From Candidatus Bathyarchaeota archaeon (GTDB lineage Archaea; Thermoproteota; Bathyarchaeia; Bathyarchaeales; Bathycorpusculaceae): a stretch of 64,000 nucleotides of DNA. The stretch is taken from contig CAVZJV010000014.1 of the NCBI GenBank assembly GCA_963775685.1, forward strand, positions 1,696,001 to 1,760,000, given 5' to 3'. Positions 20,916 to 30,765 of the stretch are shown here, piece after piece. The translations under genes and the position numbers were made by a program. Positions within the stretch are counted from its first letter, which is position 1, and each line of letters begins with the position of its first letter. A model generated the notes under the pieces. The model ran no database searches, was not told where the DNA came from, and saw nothing but the letters and a program-made list of their open reading frames with translations.

Positions 20916-21353
20916 ATGGATGCTACTGAATACATCAAAATTCTTTTAGACGTCTTGGTAGCTGCAGTCATATCAACAGTCCTGTTTTTCATAGCACGCC
21001 GCACCCGAAAAGAACAGACCTTTGTCGGCTACAAGTCGGGATCGAAAGATGAAAAATACGTCGGATACATTTTGCTGGCAGTTGGCATAGCCATTATAGG
21101 TGTTTCAATCTATGAATTGATTGTGCTCTTAAACGGAAACTATTATTCGCAGATTCCTTTGGGCTTATCTGGTCTTCAGATAACAGTCGGAAGCCAAACC
21201 ACAGATATACTGTCAGCACAGATTCTAGGCTTAAGCTTTGGAATATCTTTCTGGCTATTGATTTTTGGGTACGGTGGAAGAAAACTCGTAACGCTTGGAA
21301 TTGACATGCTTAAAGGCAGAGAAGTAAAAATTATCCGAAAACTCAAAACTTAA
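20916..21353 (+). CDS. Hypothetical membrane protein (3 TM), probable paralog of the upstream gene
   Basis: EKYVGYILL...GGRKLVTLGI. Confidence 0.75.
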   Translation: MDATEYIKILLDVLVAAVISTVLFFIARRTRKEQTFVGYKSGSKDEKYVGYILLAVGIAIIGVSIYELIVLLNGNYYSQIPLGLSGLQITVGSQTTDILSAQILGLSFGISFWLLIFGYGGRKLVTLGIDMLKGREVKIIRKLKT

Positions 21354-21373
21354 TCTCAGAGTAAAAGAAGAAA

Positions 21374-21452
21374 TGGTGCGGTCGCCGGGATTTGAACCCG
21401 GGATCATTAGCTTGGAAGGCTAAAGTCCTAAACCAGACTAGACGACAACCGC
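21374..21452 (-). tRNA. tRNA-Gly(TCC), intronless, CCA encoded
   Basis: GCGGTTG...TTAGC-CTTCCAA-GCTAA...GGTTCAAATCC...CGACCGC ACCA cloverleaf. Confidence 0.97.
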
Positions 21453-21483
21453 TCATATTTTGCTGTTTAAGGCTGTTTTTGGG

Positions 21484-21491
21484 CTTATATA
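21484..21491 (-). promoter_or_regulatory. TATA box of tRNA-Gly(TCC)
   Basis: TATATAAG about 32 nt upstream of the mature 5' end. Confidence 0.55.
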
Positions 21492-21851
21492 GGTCATGGG
21501 CTTCATTGTTTTGTCTTTGACCTATTTGACCACTTGTTGCCTTTTCAGTTGCCAGAGAGATGCATTGAGTGATTTTAATAAAGTTTTCAGAGAATCTAAG
21601 TCTATCTATCCTGCAATAGGTAGATTGGGGCTTATGCGATACTGCATGCATTGTGGGATTAATGGCGTACCCTTGCATAATTAATATCGCGTTACTTGTT
21701 TAGAAATATCTGGTTAATCCTGTCTTCTTGAAGCGGCATTCTACTTTTCACATTTAATCTTCATCTTAACCAAACTGTAGTTTGTTCCCAGACTGGTTAA
21801 CTTTGGATATAAAGACCGTTGAGAAATCATTCGGAAGTTGATTTCTGAAAA

Positions 21852-21995
21852 CTAAACATGCATTGATTGATTAATTTTAACCTTGAATTGATTGTGGCAT
21901 CTTTCACAACTATAGGCTTGAATAGTAAAACTATAGTTTTTTAATTCCCTTGAAGGTTTGGTAACTTCTTTGCCACAGCTGGGACAGTGCACCAT
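21852..21995 (-). CDS. Small zinc-ribbon protein (47 aa, below the ORF-track cutoff)
   Basis: MVHCPSCGKEVTKPSRELKNYSFTIQAYSCERCHNQFKVKINQSMHV. Confidence 0.65.
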   Translation of the reverse strand: MVHCPSCGKEVTKPSRELKNYSFTIQAYSCERCHNQFKVKINQSMHV

Positions 21996-22400
21996 TGCGC
22001 ATCAACCTTTCACATTGGGTGAAGTAAGAATATGAATATTATGAACTCCGAATCAGTGAATAAGCGATAAAATCCAAATCAACCATTGACAATTTCCAAT
22101 AATTCATTTAATAAAACAGAAGGATTGCCCGAAAGTATAATGAGCCCACGTATCGAGTTTTCTCTTGCCGTTTGATTTAAGTGAAAAATATTGTTTCTTG
22201 AATTGAGAGCCTAAACGGGGACTATCCTACTCCATTCCCTTAGGCGCAGCATTAATTTTAACCTTCTTTTATAGTGAATGAATAATGACAGCAGTACATT
22301 TGAATCTGTTAGGTATCCGTTTTTTAGACTGAGAATTTTATCACATTTTAATACCTTTTAATATAGGTCGTCTTTCATAGAAGAACCTTCTAACAAAAAT

Positions 22401-22832
22401 AGGTCTTACGCCTCAATCTCGCTTTTGAAAACTTTCGAATTTGACCTTGCAAGCAACTAACAAATGAAATCTTTTAAGCAAGTCTAACATGGATAAAATC
22501 AGTGGCATCATGAGAAGATTTAGATTAGTGGGTTGGTCTCTTTTTTTGATTGGTTTGGTGCTCCTCACTATATTGTTGGTTGAGGAGTTCTCCAACAATT
22601 TGAATTATTATTACAAACATCAAGTCAACTTTGTCTTGTTATTCGGGGTTGGAACGATATTATCGGCAATAGGTTTTGTGATTCTTTGGGGAAAAAACCA
22701 GAGAAACAACAAAAGCCCTCTTCTCAGAATAAAAATGACATTCTTGCATTCACAAAAAAGAAGAAAAGTTCATAATCTGAAGGAGGTCTTACGCCTCTAT
22801 CTTTCTGTTGAAGACTTTTTCGTTCTTGACCT
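22401..22832. repeat. Degenerate ~50 bp direct repeat, two copies starting at 22401 and 22784
   Basis: Identical AGGTCTTACGCCTC core followed by alignable ATCT..CT.TTGAA.ACTTT..CG...TTGACCT. Confidence 0.7.
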
Positions 22833-22860
22833 CAAAATAGCTTGGTCAAATAACCATTGA
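22489..22860 (+). CDS. Hypothetical 2-TM protein; C-terminus runs through the second repeat copy
   Basis: Two hydrophobic helices. Confidence 0.45.
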   Translation: MDKISGIMRRFRLVGWSLFLIGLVLLTILLVEEFSNNLNYYYKHQVNFVLLFGVGTILSAIGFVILWGKNQRNNKSPLLRIKMTFLHSQKRRKVHNLKEVLRLYLSVEDFFVLDLKIAWSNNH

Positions 22861-23509
22861 AGAAAAATTTATGAACACAAATTTGAATGGTGAACTCGTT
22901 TTGAAGAAAGAATTAAGGAGAGGGTTCGTAGTATGAAATGGGTGTAGGTTGGAACCAAGCATCAGGATTTTGGAACTTCACAAATGGCATATTGCTATTC
23001 TGTTTTTTTTCAGCGATTAATTGCTTAATTGTCTCAAACAATACCAGAATTATTTGCACAAAATCTTGCAGCAATAATGATAATTGCGGGCTCTATTGGT
23101 ATGATAATCCTAAAAAGAAAAAATAAATTATCTTTGACTTAATCTTTTAATTGCTAAGAATTAAAATGGATTGAGGGGCATATTACCCCATCTCCCTTGT
23201 GAGAAGCTTCTCCTTTCTCCTCAAACAAGAAGTTGGTTGCAAGCCTTAAAAGGGATATTTCAAAAGATGGAATATGTCAAAAAGGCAATATTGGTTTTAG
23301 CTTAACCATCTAAAATACTAACTAAACAATACAGCCTTGGCAAAGGATATAAGTAAAATAGTGACTCGCTCGTTGGGCATTCTTATTGGTTTAGGGGTAT
23401 TTTTGTCATTATTGACGTTGCTTACCTTCTCTATTTACCTAAGAGATAGAATAGGAAGAGCCAAATTTGCGAAGTTTTCTCTATTGCTGTCCCGATAACA
23501 AAAAAGGTC

Positions 23510-23905
23510 CTATATCTTAGCGTTTGTTAACAGCACTTTTCTAGATAGTTGTCTATAGTCAAGGTAGGCAAAGACTACTAGCAGTATTGTCCATGATATG
23601 AATATGCCATGAGCGCCCCCTATAAAAATTGGGTCTGAAATTACTCTATTGATAATCGAAATACCAATCAGAAAAAGTGGCCCCATTTTTCTTCTTCTAA
23701 AAATCCATACCAAAGCAATAAAGTTTAGAACTGCAAAAACAGCCGCATTTACAACCGCTATCGTATAATCTACAGCTAAACTGAAACGGGCATATGGTTC
23801 ACCCCCCATAGGGCCATTTCTAATCCACAGGATCATTGAAGCAATTTCACCAATGATTGTTAATGCAGTTAGGACTAACAGGATTCTATGAGCTAAATCC
23901 TTCAT
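23510..23905 (-). CDS. Hypothetical 4-TM membrane protein
   Basis: 131-aa hydrophobic ORF. Confidence 0.7.
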   Translation of the reverse strand: MKDLAHRILLVLTALTIIGEIASMILWIRNGPMGGEPYARFSLAVDYTIAVVNAAVFAVLNFIALVWIFRRRKMGPLFLIGISIINRVISDPIFIGGAHGIFISWTILLVVFAYLDYRQLSRKVLLTNAKI

Positions 23906-24143
23906 AATTCAATGAAAACGAGTTACTGGAATAAAAGCATGAATGATATAAGGCCAGCATATTTGTTATCTATTTTGCCTAACTTGTGGGTTTAGATTGA
24001 GTCCAATCAAAAAACACAACAGCAGGGTTTAGTTAATATTTACTTTAGCTCATTCATTACTTCCTTGGATGAAACCTTGGAAAAATCACTTTTGCAGGGG
24101 AAGCCTATATCTTAGTCACGATTTATCCATACTGTAGTTTAGG

Positions 24144-24431
24144 TTGAAAAAGATGAGTTCAGGAAAGGATAGGCATAAAATTCCAGGAAGCCGAATGAAA
24201 ATCCTAACCAAAGACGCAAAACAAATGGTAAACGGACCATACTACTGCCCCAAGTGCCGAAAGGAACTACTTCAGATTTGTGCCGACCTGAAAAAGAAAG
24301 AAGTTTACGCAATCTGCAAATGTGAACTTGAGTGGCCTCTAACTTATGCGCCGGTTTTTCAACCAATCGACTACTACAACAAGTTCCGCGACGCATGGAA
24401 AAAGCAAAGCTACGGAATAATAAAAAAATAA
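24144..24431 (+). CDS. Elf1-like zinc-ribbon protein
   Basis: Basic N-terminus, CPKC...CKC, PVFQPIDYYNKF.D as in archaeal Elf1. Confidence 0.55.
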   Translation: MKKMSSGKDRHKIPGSRMKILTKDAKQMVNGPYYCPKCRKELLQICADLKKKEVYAICKCELEWPLTYAPVFQPIDYYNKFRDAWKKQSYGIIKK

Positions 24432-24520
24432 GCCCGAACGTTATGTTTTCATTCAAAAACCAATAAAACAAATCGTCTATAAGCAGGAACCAATCCGTAC
24501 TATCGAATGGAGCAAACGCC

Positions 24521-24989
24521 TTGACCGAGCAAAAACTTGACTTTACCCGAAGACTGCTTGTTTTGGGCAACCTTACGCTTCTTGGATGGATCTTCTCAGC
24601 TTTCTTTAGCGTTTTATTCTACAATTTCCTTTACAGTTGGCTTTACCTGATTTTTACTAGCATTCATGGTTTACGGGGTTTTGCGTAGGTTAGGCTGCAG
24701 TAACTGCTACATGTGCAAAACGTGTTCAAGCGGTTTTGGCAGGTTGGCAGGAGCTTTTTTTGGAAAAGGATTCGTTAAGAAAGAGAGTGTAGGCAACAGG
24801 ATTGGATTGGTGGCATTCATTTATTTGCTACTGTTTCCTATTCCGGCTGTTTTGTTGTCGGTTTCGCTTATGGGCTCGTTTTCATACTTTAAAGTGTTGG
24901 CAGCAACTTGCCTTTTAGCCGTAACGGCATATAGCTTAACAACCTGGTTCAATCGTTCGACAACAACCAAAAAACCTGATTTGGGATAA
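24521..24989 (+). CDS. Membrane protein with CxxCxxCxxC motif; +1 frameshift in the T5 run at 24651-24655
   Basis: TTG 24521 after GGAG gives two TM helices that join ORF 24666 if one T is removed. Confidence 0.65.
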
Positions 24990-25052
24990 CTTTTAAACAT
25001 TAGAATACAAACATTACCGACAACGAAATAGACAAAGAGGGGTGGACTCTCG

Positions 25053-26171
25053 CTGAAGCAAAAACCTACTAAATTGTTCATCATCATAACTTTATTTCTC
25101 ATAGTATCTGCTTTAGTGGTTGCCCCACAAAAAGCCGCAGCACAAACCAACGGATACTACGACAAATATTTCCAGTGGGATTATAACGGGCAACATTGGA
25201 CATGGAACCTGAGCATTCCAGTAGACTTATACAATGCCTACAAGTCGGTTCCAGTTTCCACCCGGACACATGATGGACCCGCAGGATACGGTTTCTGCAC
25301 TACAACAAAAGACGCTTACGTTCAAAACTTAGCTAAAGAACTAAATGACACCGCAAACAGGCAAGGATACAATTCATTTGACGAAGTTAGCTTTGTGTTA
25401 GCGTTTGTGCAAAGTTTACCCTATACCTCTGATTCGGTGACGACGGGGCATGATGAGTACCCGAGGTTTCCAATAGAAACATTGGTGGATGATGGCGGAG
25501 ATTGCGAGGATACATCAATACTATTTGCGACGTTAACCCTCATTATGGGTTATGGTACAGTGTACATTAATCCGCCAAACCACTACGCTGTCGGTGTTTT
25601 AGGAGACGACCTCCGTGGATCATACTGGACTTACCCAGAAGGATCCAACAAAACTTATTATTACAGCGAAACAACCGGCAACGGATTTATGATTGGACAG
25701 TTACCAGACGAGTTCCGCGGTCAAAGCGCCTACATCTACGCGATAGATGAAAGTAAACAGTTTATTCCCACAGTAGTTTCGCTACCAACTCCTGAACCTC
25801 AGCCAACAGATTCAACTGTCCCAACAGAACCCAATCAAACCCTGCAGCCAACGCCAACATATTCCTCTTCACCAACAATCCCCCAACCAAGCGTTGACCC
25901 TCCTCTGCAGCTACTTTCGTTCAGCATAATCTCTGACAACCCACTCTTGTTCGTACTAATTATTTTCGCCGTAGTTATTTCGCTAGGTATAACAGTTTGG
26001 TCAAACAGAAGACCAAAGATGATGTTAAACAAGACAACTACCTCTGAATTACAGAGCACAGCGCAACCAGACCCAGCCGGTTTAGAGGGAAATAAGTTCT
26101 GCATTTTTTGTGGTTCAAGCAACAAAAACTATGCTGCCTTCTGTGAGAGCTGCGGCAAAAAAATGGAGTAA
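25053..26171 (+). CDS. Secreted transglutaminase-like protein with PT linker, TM anchor and C-terminal zinc ribbon (CTG 25053 or TTG 25074 start)
   Basis: Signal peptide; P.ETL...GGDCEDTSIL, H, YxETT; CIFCG...CESCG. Confidence 0.8.
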   Translation: MKQKPTKLFIIITLFLIVSALVVAPQKAAAQTNGYYDKYFQWDYNGQHWTWNLSIPVDLYNAYKSVPVSTRTHDGPAGYGFCTTTKDAYVQNLAKELNDTANRQGYNSFDEVSFVLAFVQSLPYTSDSVTTGHDEYPRFPIETLVDDGGDCEDTSILFATLTLIMGYGTVYINPPNHYAVGVLGDDLRGSYWTYPEGSNKTYYYSETTGNGFMIGQLPDEFRGQSAYIYAIDESKQFIPTVVSLPTPEPQPTDSTVPTEPNQTLQPTPTYSSSPTIPQPSVDPPLQLLSFSIISDNPLLFVLIIFAVVISLGITVWSNRRPKMMLNKTTTSELQSTAQPDPAGLEGNKFCIFCGSSNKNYAAFCESCGKKME

Positions 26172-26181
26172 ATTACTCAAA

Positions 26182-26700
26182 TTATTTCAAGACTTCAACT
26201 GAAAACGCATCGATTTTGGAGCGAACATAAACTACAATTGTCGCCTCTAAAAATATGATAACTGAAAGAAAAGCCGACAGTTCCCATGTTAAATTAATGA
26301 ATGCTTGAGCAGCAGCTAAATCAATGTTGCCCCCGGAAGTAACTATCCAATTCCAAAAACTGGGTTTGAGGGTAGCGTTAAAACCGGTTAAATCTAAAGC
26401 TATCCAAATACATAAGCCGACGAGAACTCCAGCTAAGAAGCAGCCGACAAGAGTGATGTTTTTCCAGTCAGATGCCAAACTTGAAGAAAAACGTATCCTT
26501 GTACCCTTATCAATTGGCTGAAAATCTACGTTGATGTTTTTTTTGGCGGTCTTGGGCGTTATTCCCCAAAGCGAACCCTGATTAAATCTGATTTGGATAG
26601 GCGGCTGTTCACAGATTACTTTGCAACATTTCGCGGTTAAAGCAGCCTTCAACTGTGAATAAGCTTCTTCAGTTTTTAACCTGACTGTTCGCTCAATCAA
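26182..26700 (-). CDS. Hypothetical membrane protein
   Basis: TTG 26700 after GGTG; QGSLWG motif; two TM helices. Confidence 0.65.
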   Translation of the reverse strand: MIERTVRLKTEEAYSQLKAALTAKCCKVICEQPPIQIRFNQGSLWGITPKTAKKNINVDFQPIDKGTRIRFSSSLASDWKNITLVGCFLAGVLVGLCIWIALDLTGFNATLKPSFWNWIVTSGGNIDLAAAQAFINLTWELSAFLSVIIFLEATIVVYVRSKIDAFSVEVLK

Positions 26701-26731
26701 CCAGACACCACATGCAATTATGCGTTTGTTG

Positions 26732-27403
26732 CTATTGTGGTTTTTCGTTAGATTTAAAAAGCCGCTTTTGATACTGCGACCTGGGCTTAAAACCCCTGAT
26801 AGGCTGACGTGGCATAGCTCGTTGGCGTTCAAGGTTTTTGATTCTTGCGTAGAGTTTTGAAACTTTGGTCTTAGACGGAACCTTCGATTTTGGAATATGT
26901 ACTGGCACAGGCGTGAAAGGCTGGGTGATTTCCAATTTTTTCTTCCCAGATTTCTTAAACGATACGTTGCGCACTTTCTTGAATGTCACGTTTCCCTGTT
27001 TGAGGTTGACTTCATGCACTTCCCAGCCTGCATCAAGCCAAGCCTTCGCATGTGCACTCGCAGATGTGTTGCTCCACCAAGCTGGGTCGCGAAAAGCAGC
27101 CATGGGAAGATTACTGCCTATTAACCCGTCAATGCGTGCAAACTTGAGTGTAACGGTGTCGGTGAATGCAGCTCTGAATTTTAGATGACTTCCAAGTCCA
27201 GCCCACTTTGAAACAATCCGTGGCGAAACCACTCGCCTAGCACAGTGAAGGCAGAGCATCGCATTTGGGTCACCGGTGGCAATGTCAGGTGTCATGCAGT
27301 CTCGACAGAACATTTTCTTGCAACGTTGACACTGCCGCATGTACGTTGTGCGCATAACTCTACCGCATATTCCACATTCATCCTTCATGAAGCTGCACTT
27401 CAA
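26732..27403 (-). CDS. Zn-finger + DUF7662-like domain basic protein
   Basis: Four CxxC pairs; LP..A..PAWWSN...HAKAWLDAGW; Lys/Arg-rich tail. Confidence 0.7.
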   Translation of the reverse strand: MKCSFMKDECGICGRVMRTTYMRQCQRCKKMFCRDCMTPDIATGDPNAMLCLHCARRVVSPRIVSKWAGLGSHLKFRAAFTDTVTLKFARIDGLIGSNLPMAAFRDPAWWSNTSASAHAKAWLDAGWEVHEVNLKQGNVTFKKVRNVSFKKSGKKKLEITQPFTPVPVHIPKSKVPSKTKVSKLYARIKNLERQRAMPRQPIRGFKPRSQYQKRLFKSNEKPQ

Positions 27404-27546
27404 GCGATGAGGAAAAATCGCTTATAGTATATTTCGTTTTATTCAGATATTAATTTTCAGTTGAAAAACGACGTTTTACCTGAAAACTATGCTATTAAAT
27501 TGGGTAATCCTTAGAAGATTTCTGGAAAAAGAAAGATGAATGCGGA

Positions 27547-29025
27547 CTAACCTTTCACAACAGCTAATGGAACAAGCCTTGCAACTTTGGTGGCTATCCC
27601 AACTTTGTCACTGACGTCGGCAACCGTGTCCACGTTCTTGTACGCTGGGTCAGCTTCCTCAGCCAACACTGAAGCGCTTGCCGCACGAACCACAATACCT
27701 CTTTTCTCCAAGGCTGTCTTTATGTCACCGCCCCAATATTGCCGCTTTGCTGCCGAGCGACTCATCATCCTGCCTGCACCATGCGCTGTTGAGCCAAAGG
27801 TCAAATCCATGGCCTTCTGAGAGCCCACAAGGACCCATGAACTGGTGCCCATACTACCAGGAATAAGCACAGGTTGCCCTTCGCTACGATAATCCTCTGG
27901 AACATCGAGGTGACCCGCTGGGAAAGCGCGAGTTGCACCTTTTCGGTGAACCCAAACCTTCTTTTGGACGCCGTCAATGTTGTGGGTTTCCATTTTGGCG
28001 ATGTTGTGGGCGACGTCGTAGACGAGGTTTAAGCCGAATTTCTCTGGGTCCTGCCCATAGACTTGCTGGAAGCTCTGGCGAACCCAATGCATAATAGCCT
28101 GACGATTTGCAAAGGCATAGTTTACGGCGCAAGCCATAGCCTCTATGTAGTCGCGTGCTTCAGGGCTGTTTCCTGGAGCGCAAGCTAATTCGCGATCGGG
28201 CAGGGATATCTTGTATTTTTGAACAGCGTGCTCCATGACTCTAAGATAATCAGAGCAGACTTGGTGACCATACCCTCTGGAGCCGCAGTGGATCATTACA
28301 GTAACTTGACCTTCACCTGTGATCCCGAAGGCTTTGGCTGTTTTGGGATTGAAGATTTTATCAACTTTCTGGATTTCCAGGAAGTGGTTGCCGGAGCCCA
28401 AGGTACCGATTTGTGTTAATCCCCGGTTTTTAGCGGTGGTTGAAACTTTGTCGGGGTTGGCGTTTTTCATATGCCCGTTTTCCTCGCAGTGGTCCGCATC
28501 TCCTGCCCAGCCTAATCCGCGGTCAATAAGCCACTGTACGCCTTCAACTGCTAGTGTTTCTAAGTCCCGCGGGGATATTGTGAAGTCTTTTCTGCGGCTT
28601 CCCAGACCCGAGGGAACGTTGTGGAAGATAGTTTCTGCCAAGGGCGCAAGTTTGGGGCGCACATCTTTTTCTGTGAGCGTTGTTGATAGCAAGCGGACGC
28701 CACAGTTTATATCGTATCCGACGCCGCCTGGGCTGATAACACCGTTTTCGTAGTCGGTTGCAGCTACACCGCCGATGGGAAAACCGTATCCCTCGTGACC
28801 ATCTGGAAGTGTTATGGCATGCTTGTAGATGCCGGGCAGCTGCGCAACGTTTGAGCATTGCCATAGCGTTCGGTCAGTCTGCATCTTCTCCAAAAGTGTT
28901 TGGTTAGCAAAAATCATGCCTGGAACTCTCATCTCAGGCTTGTATTTGGGAATTTGCCACATGTAATCGGTAACTTTCTCTAACGGAACCCGTTCGGGAA
29001 AGGCTATGCTTTCACTTTCACCCAA
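27547..29025 (-). CDS. rtcB: RNA-splicing ligase RtcB
   Basis: PDGHEGYGFPIGG, GYDINCG, GSGNHF, HCGSRG, HRKGAT, HGAGR. Confidence 0.97.
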   Translation of the reverse strand: MGESESIAFPERVPLEKVTDYMWQIPKYKPEMRVPGMIFANQTLLEKMQTDRTLWQCSNVAQLPGIYKHAITLPDGHEGYGFPIGGVAATDYENGVISPGGVGYDINCGVRLLSTTLTEKDVRPKLAPLAETIFHNVPSGLGSRRKDFTISPRDLETLAVEGVQWLIDRGLGWAGDADHCEENGHMKNANPDKVSTTAKNRGLTQIGTLGSGNHFLEIQKVDKIFNPKTAKAFGITGEGQVTVMIHCGSRGYGHQVCSDYLRVMEHAVQKYKISLPDRELACAPGNSPEARDYIEAMACAVNYAFANRQAIMHWVRQSFQQVYGQDPEKFGLNLVYDVAHNIAKMETHNIDGVQKKVWVHRKGATRAFPAGHLDVPEDYRSEGQPVLIPGSMGTSSWVLVGSQKAMDLTFGSTAHGAGRMMSRSAAKRQYWGGDIKTALEKRGIVVRAASASVLAEEADPAYKNVDTVADVSDKVGIATKVARLVPLAVVKG

Positions 29026-29076
29026 AACTTTTCACCGAGGGAACAAAGGTTGAGGGTGATTATAAAATGTTTATGG

Positions 29077-29991
29077 CTAGGTCTTGGCTTGTTTTTGTTG
29101 GGCGTAGTCGATGAATCCTTTGACGCAGTTCTCAAGCATCGTTTTTGAGTAAATCTTATGGGACTTCACGTATCCGCTTACCCGATTCATTACCTTGTCC
29201 TTTTGGATTATCCTGTCCCGAATTTGTTCTAAACTCTGGTTTTTCTTGGCACCATCTTCAGCGATGTCCGCCCAAAGCTGAAGCTGAACCTTGTAATCTT
29301 TAAGACGCTGCACAGCATCGGTGGCTTTTCCGAAGTGGCTAAAGTACAGAACCGTTGGGTTAAGGCTGATTAGTTTATCCAAAGAAGCCACTGCGATTTC
29401 AAGATGGAAAGGCGGCGGAGTTGTCGGCACGATGACATCATACATTGGAAGGTAGGTGCCAGCGGCATCTCCCGGGAAAATGCCTCCGTTGAAGGATTCA
29501 TGAAAACTCAGGTTATGTGAGGCGTGACCGAGGGTTTCTATGACTTTTAATTTGGAACCGAACCCTAAGTCAAAAGAGCCATCAAGCGTTGGGATTATTC
29601 TTTCTTTTGGGACTGGTTCGGGTTTGTCAAAGATGTCGCTGATAAATCCAAGGACTGATTGGGATGAATGCCATAATCGTTCTGGGTCAACAAGGTGAGG
29701 CATACCCCTTGGATGAACAACGATTTTAGCGTTTGGAAGCGACTTTAGCAGGGTGCCTGCGCCCCCTCCGTGGTCAAGGTGAACATGGGTAACGGCAACG
29801 TATTCTACGTCTTCGAAGCGGATGTTTAGCTCCTTTAAGCCCGAGAGCAGATTTGGAACAGAAGATGTTGGTCCGGACTCGACAAGAATGGGTTTCTCGC
29901 CCAATATTATGTAACTGCAGATTAAATGTTCAAAGCCACCCATCACCAGGTCAACCATGAACAGATTTTCTCCTACTTGTTTGGTATGCAA
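29077..29991 (-). CDS. MBL-fold metallo-hydrolase
   Basis: THVHLDHGGG, GHASH, GDAAG, HFG. Confidence 0.9.
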   Translation of the reverse strand: MHTKQVGENLFMVDLVMGGFEHLICSYIILGEKPILVESGPTSSVPNLLSGLKELNIRFEDVEYVAVTHVHLDHGGGAGTLLKSLPNAKIVVHPRGMPHLVDPERLWHSSQSVLGFISDIFDKPEPVPKERIIPTLDGSFDLGFGSKLKVIETLGHASHNLSFHESFNGGIFPGDAAGTYLPMYDVIVPTTPPPFHLEIAVASLDKLISLNPTVLYFSHFGKATDAVQRLKDYKVQLQLWADIAEDGAKKNQSLEQIRDRIIQKDKVMNRVSGYVKSHKIYSKTMLENCVKGFIDYAQQKQAKT

Positions 29992-30108
29992 CCGTTAGCA
30001 CCTTACTCCAGTTTGTGTAGTGATGTATTAACCATAAATGTTGACTGACAATAAAACTTAATTATGCATCTTTAATGTAACAAAGAGAATACAGGTGAAA
30101 ACAACAGT

Positions 30109-30765
30109 ATGTTAAAAGCCATAATCTTTGGGGCGCCAGGAGCAGGTAAAGGCACCTATGCATCGCGTCTTCAAGCCAAACTCGGCGTTGACGTTATTTC
30201 AATGGGAGATATTTTCCGTGAACTTGTTAAAGAAAAATCGGAACTTAGCAGCAAGGTTAAAAGTTACATGGAAAAAGGAGCGTTGGTTCCCGACGACGTG
30301 GTCGTTGAAGTTTTAAAGGCCCATTTAGCCAAGATTTCTAAAGGAAATGGCTTTATCCTCGACGGTTACCCGCGCACACTTGACCAAGCAAAAAAACTTG
30401 ACACCATCACAAAAATCGACGTCATCATGCAACTAAATGTTCCCGACTGGATAATCATCGAACGCCTATCCACCCGAAGAATCTGCAAGAACTGTGGTAC
30501 AGTCTACAACGTGAAATTTTTAAAACCCAAAGTTGAAGGTATCTGTGACAAATGTGGCGGACCCCTCTATCAGCGCTCAGATGACAACCCAGAAACCATA
30601 AAGAACCGACTCAAAGTCTACCAAGAACAAACCAGCCCACTTATTACGTTCTACAAGGAAAAGAAGATCCCCTTCATAGAACTTGAAACAAAAACCCTTG
30701 AACAGCCACCAGAGCCAATGGTTGAAAAACTGTTCACAGAACTAAAGAACCTAAAACTCGCTTAG
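30109..30765 (+). CDS. adk: Adenylate kinase (bacterial-type, Zn-LID)
   Basis: GAPGAGKGT, LDGYPR, CKNC...CDKC, RSDD. Confidence 0.95.
   Translation: MLKAIIFGAPGAGKGTYASRLQAKLGVDVISMGDIFRELVKEKSELSSKVKSYMEKGALVPDDVVVEVLKAHLAKISKGNGFILDGYPRTLDQAKKLDTITKIDVIMQLNVPDWIIIERLSTRRICKNCGTVYNVKFLKPKVEGICDKCGGPLYQRSDDNPETIKNRLKVYQEQTSPLITFYKEKKIPFIELETKTLEQPPEPMVEKLFTELKNLKLA

Noticed and set aside
21343-21684. ORFs 21343-21678 (-) and 21496-21684 (+)
   Set aside because: They overlap the tRNA or its promoter region and have no protein-like features
22401-22832. CRISPR array
   Set aside because: Only two degenerate copies 383 bp apart, no regular spacers, no cas genes
21374-24140. Integrated provirus or element at tRNA-Gly
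   Set aside because: No integrase or viral genes, no duplicated tRNA 3' end seen, and the variable DNA lies on the tRNA 5' side
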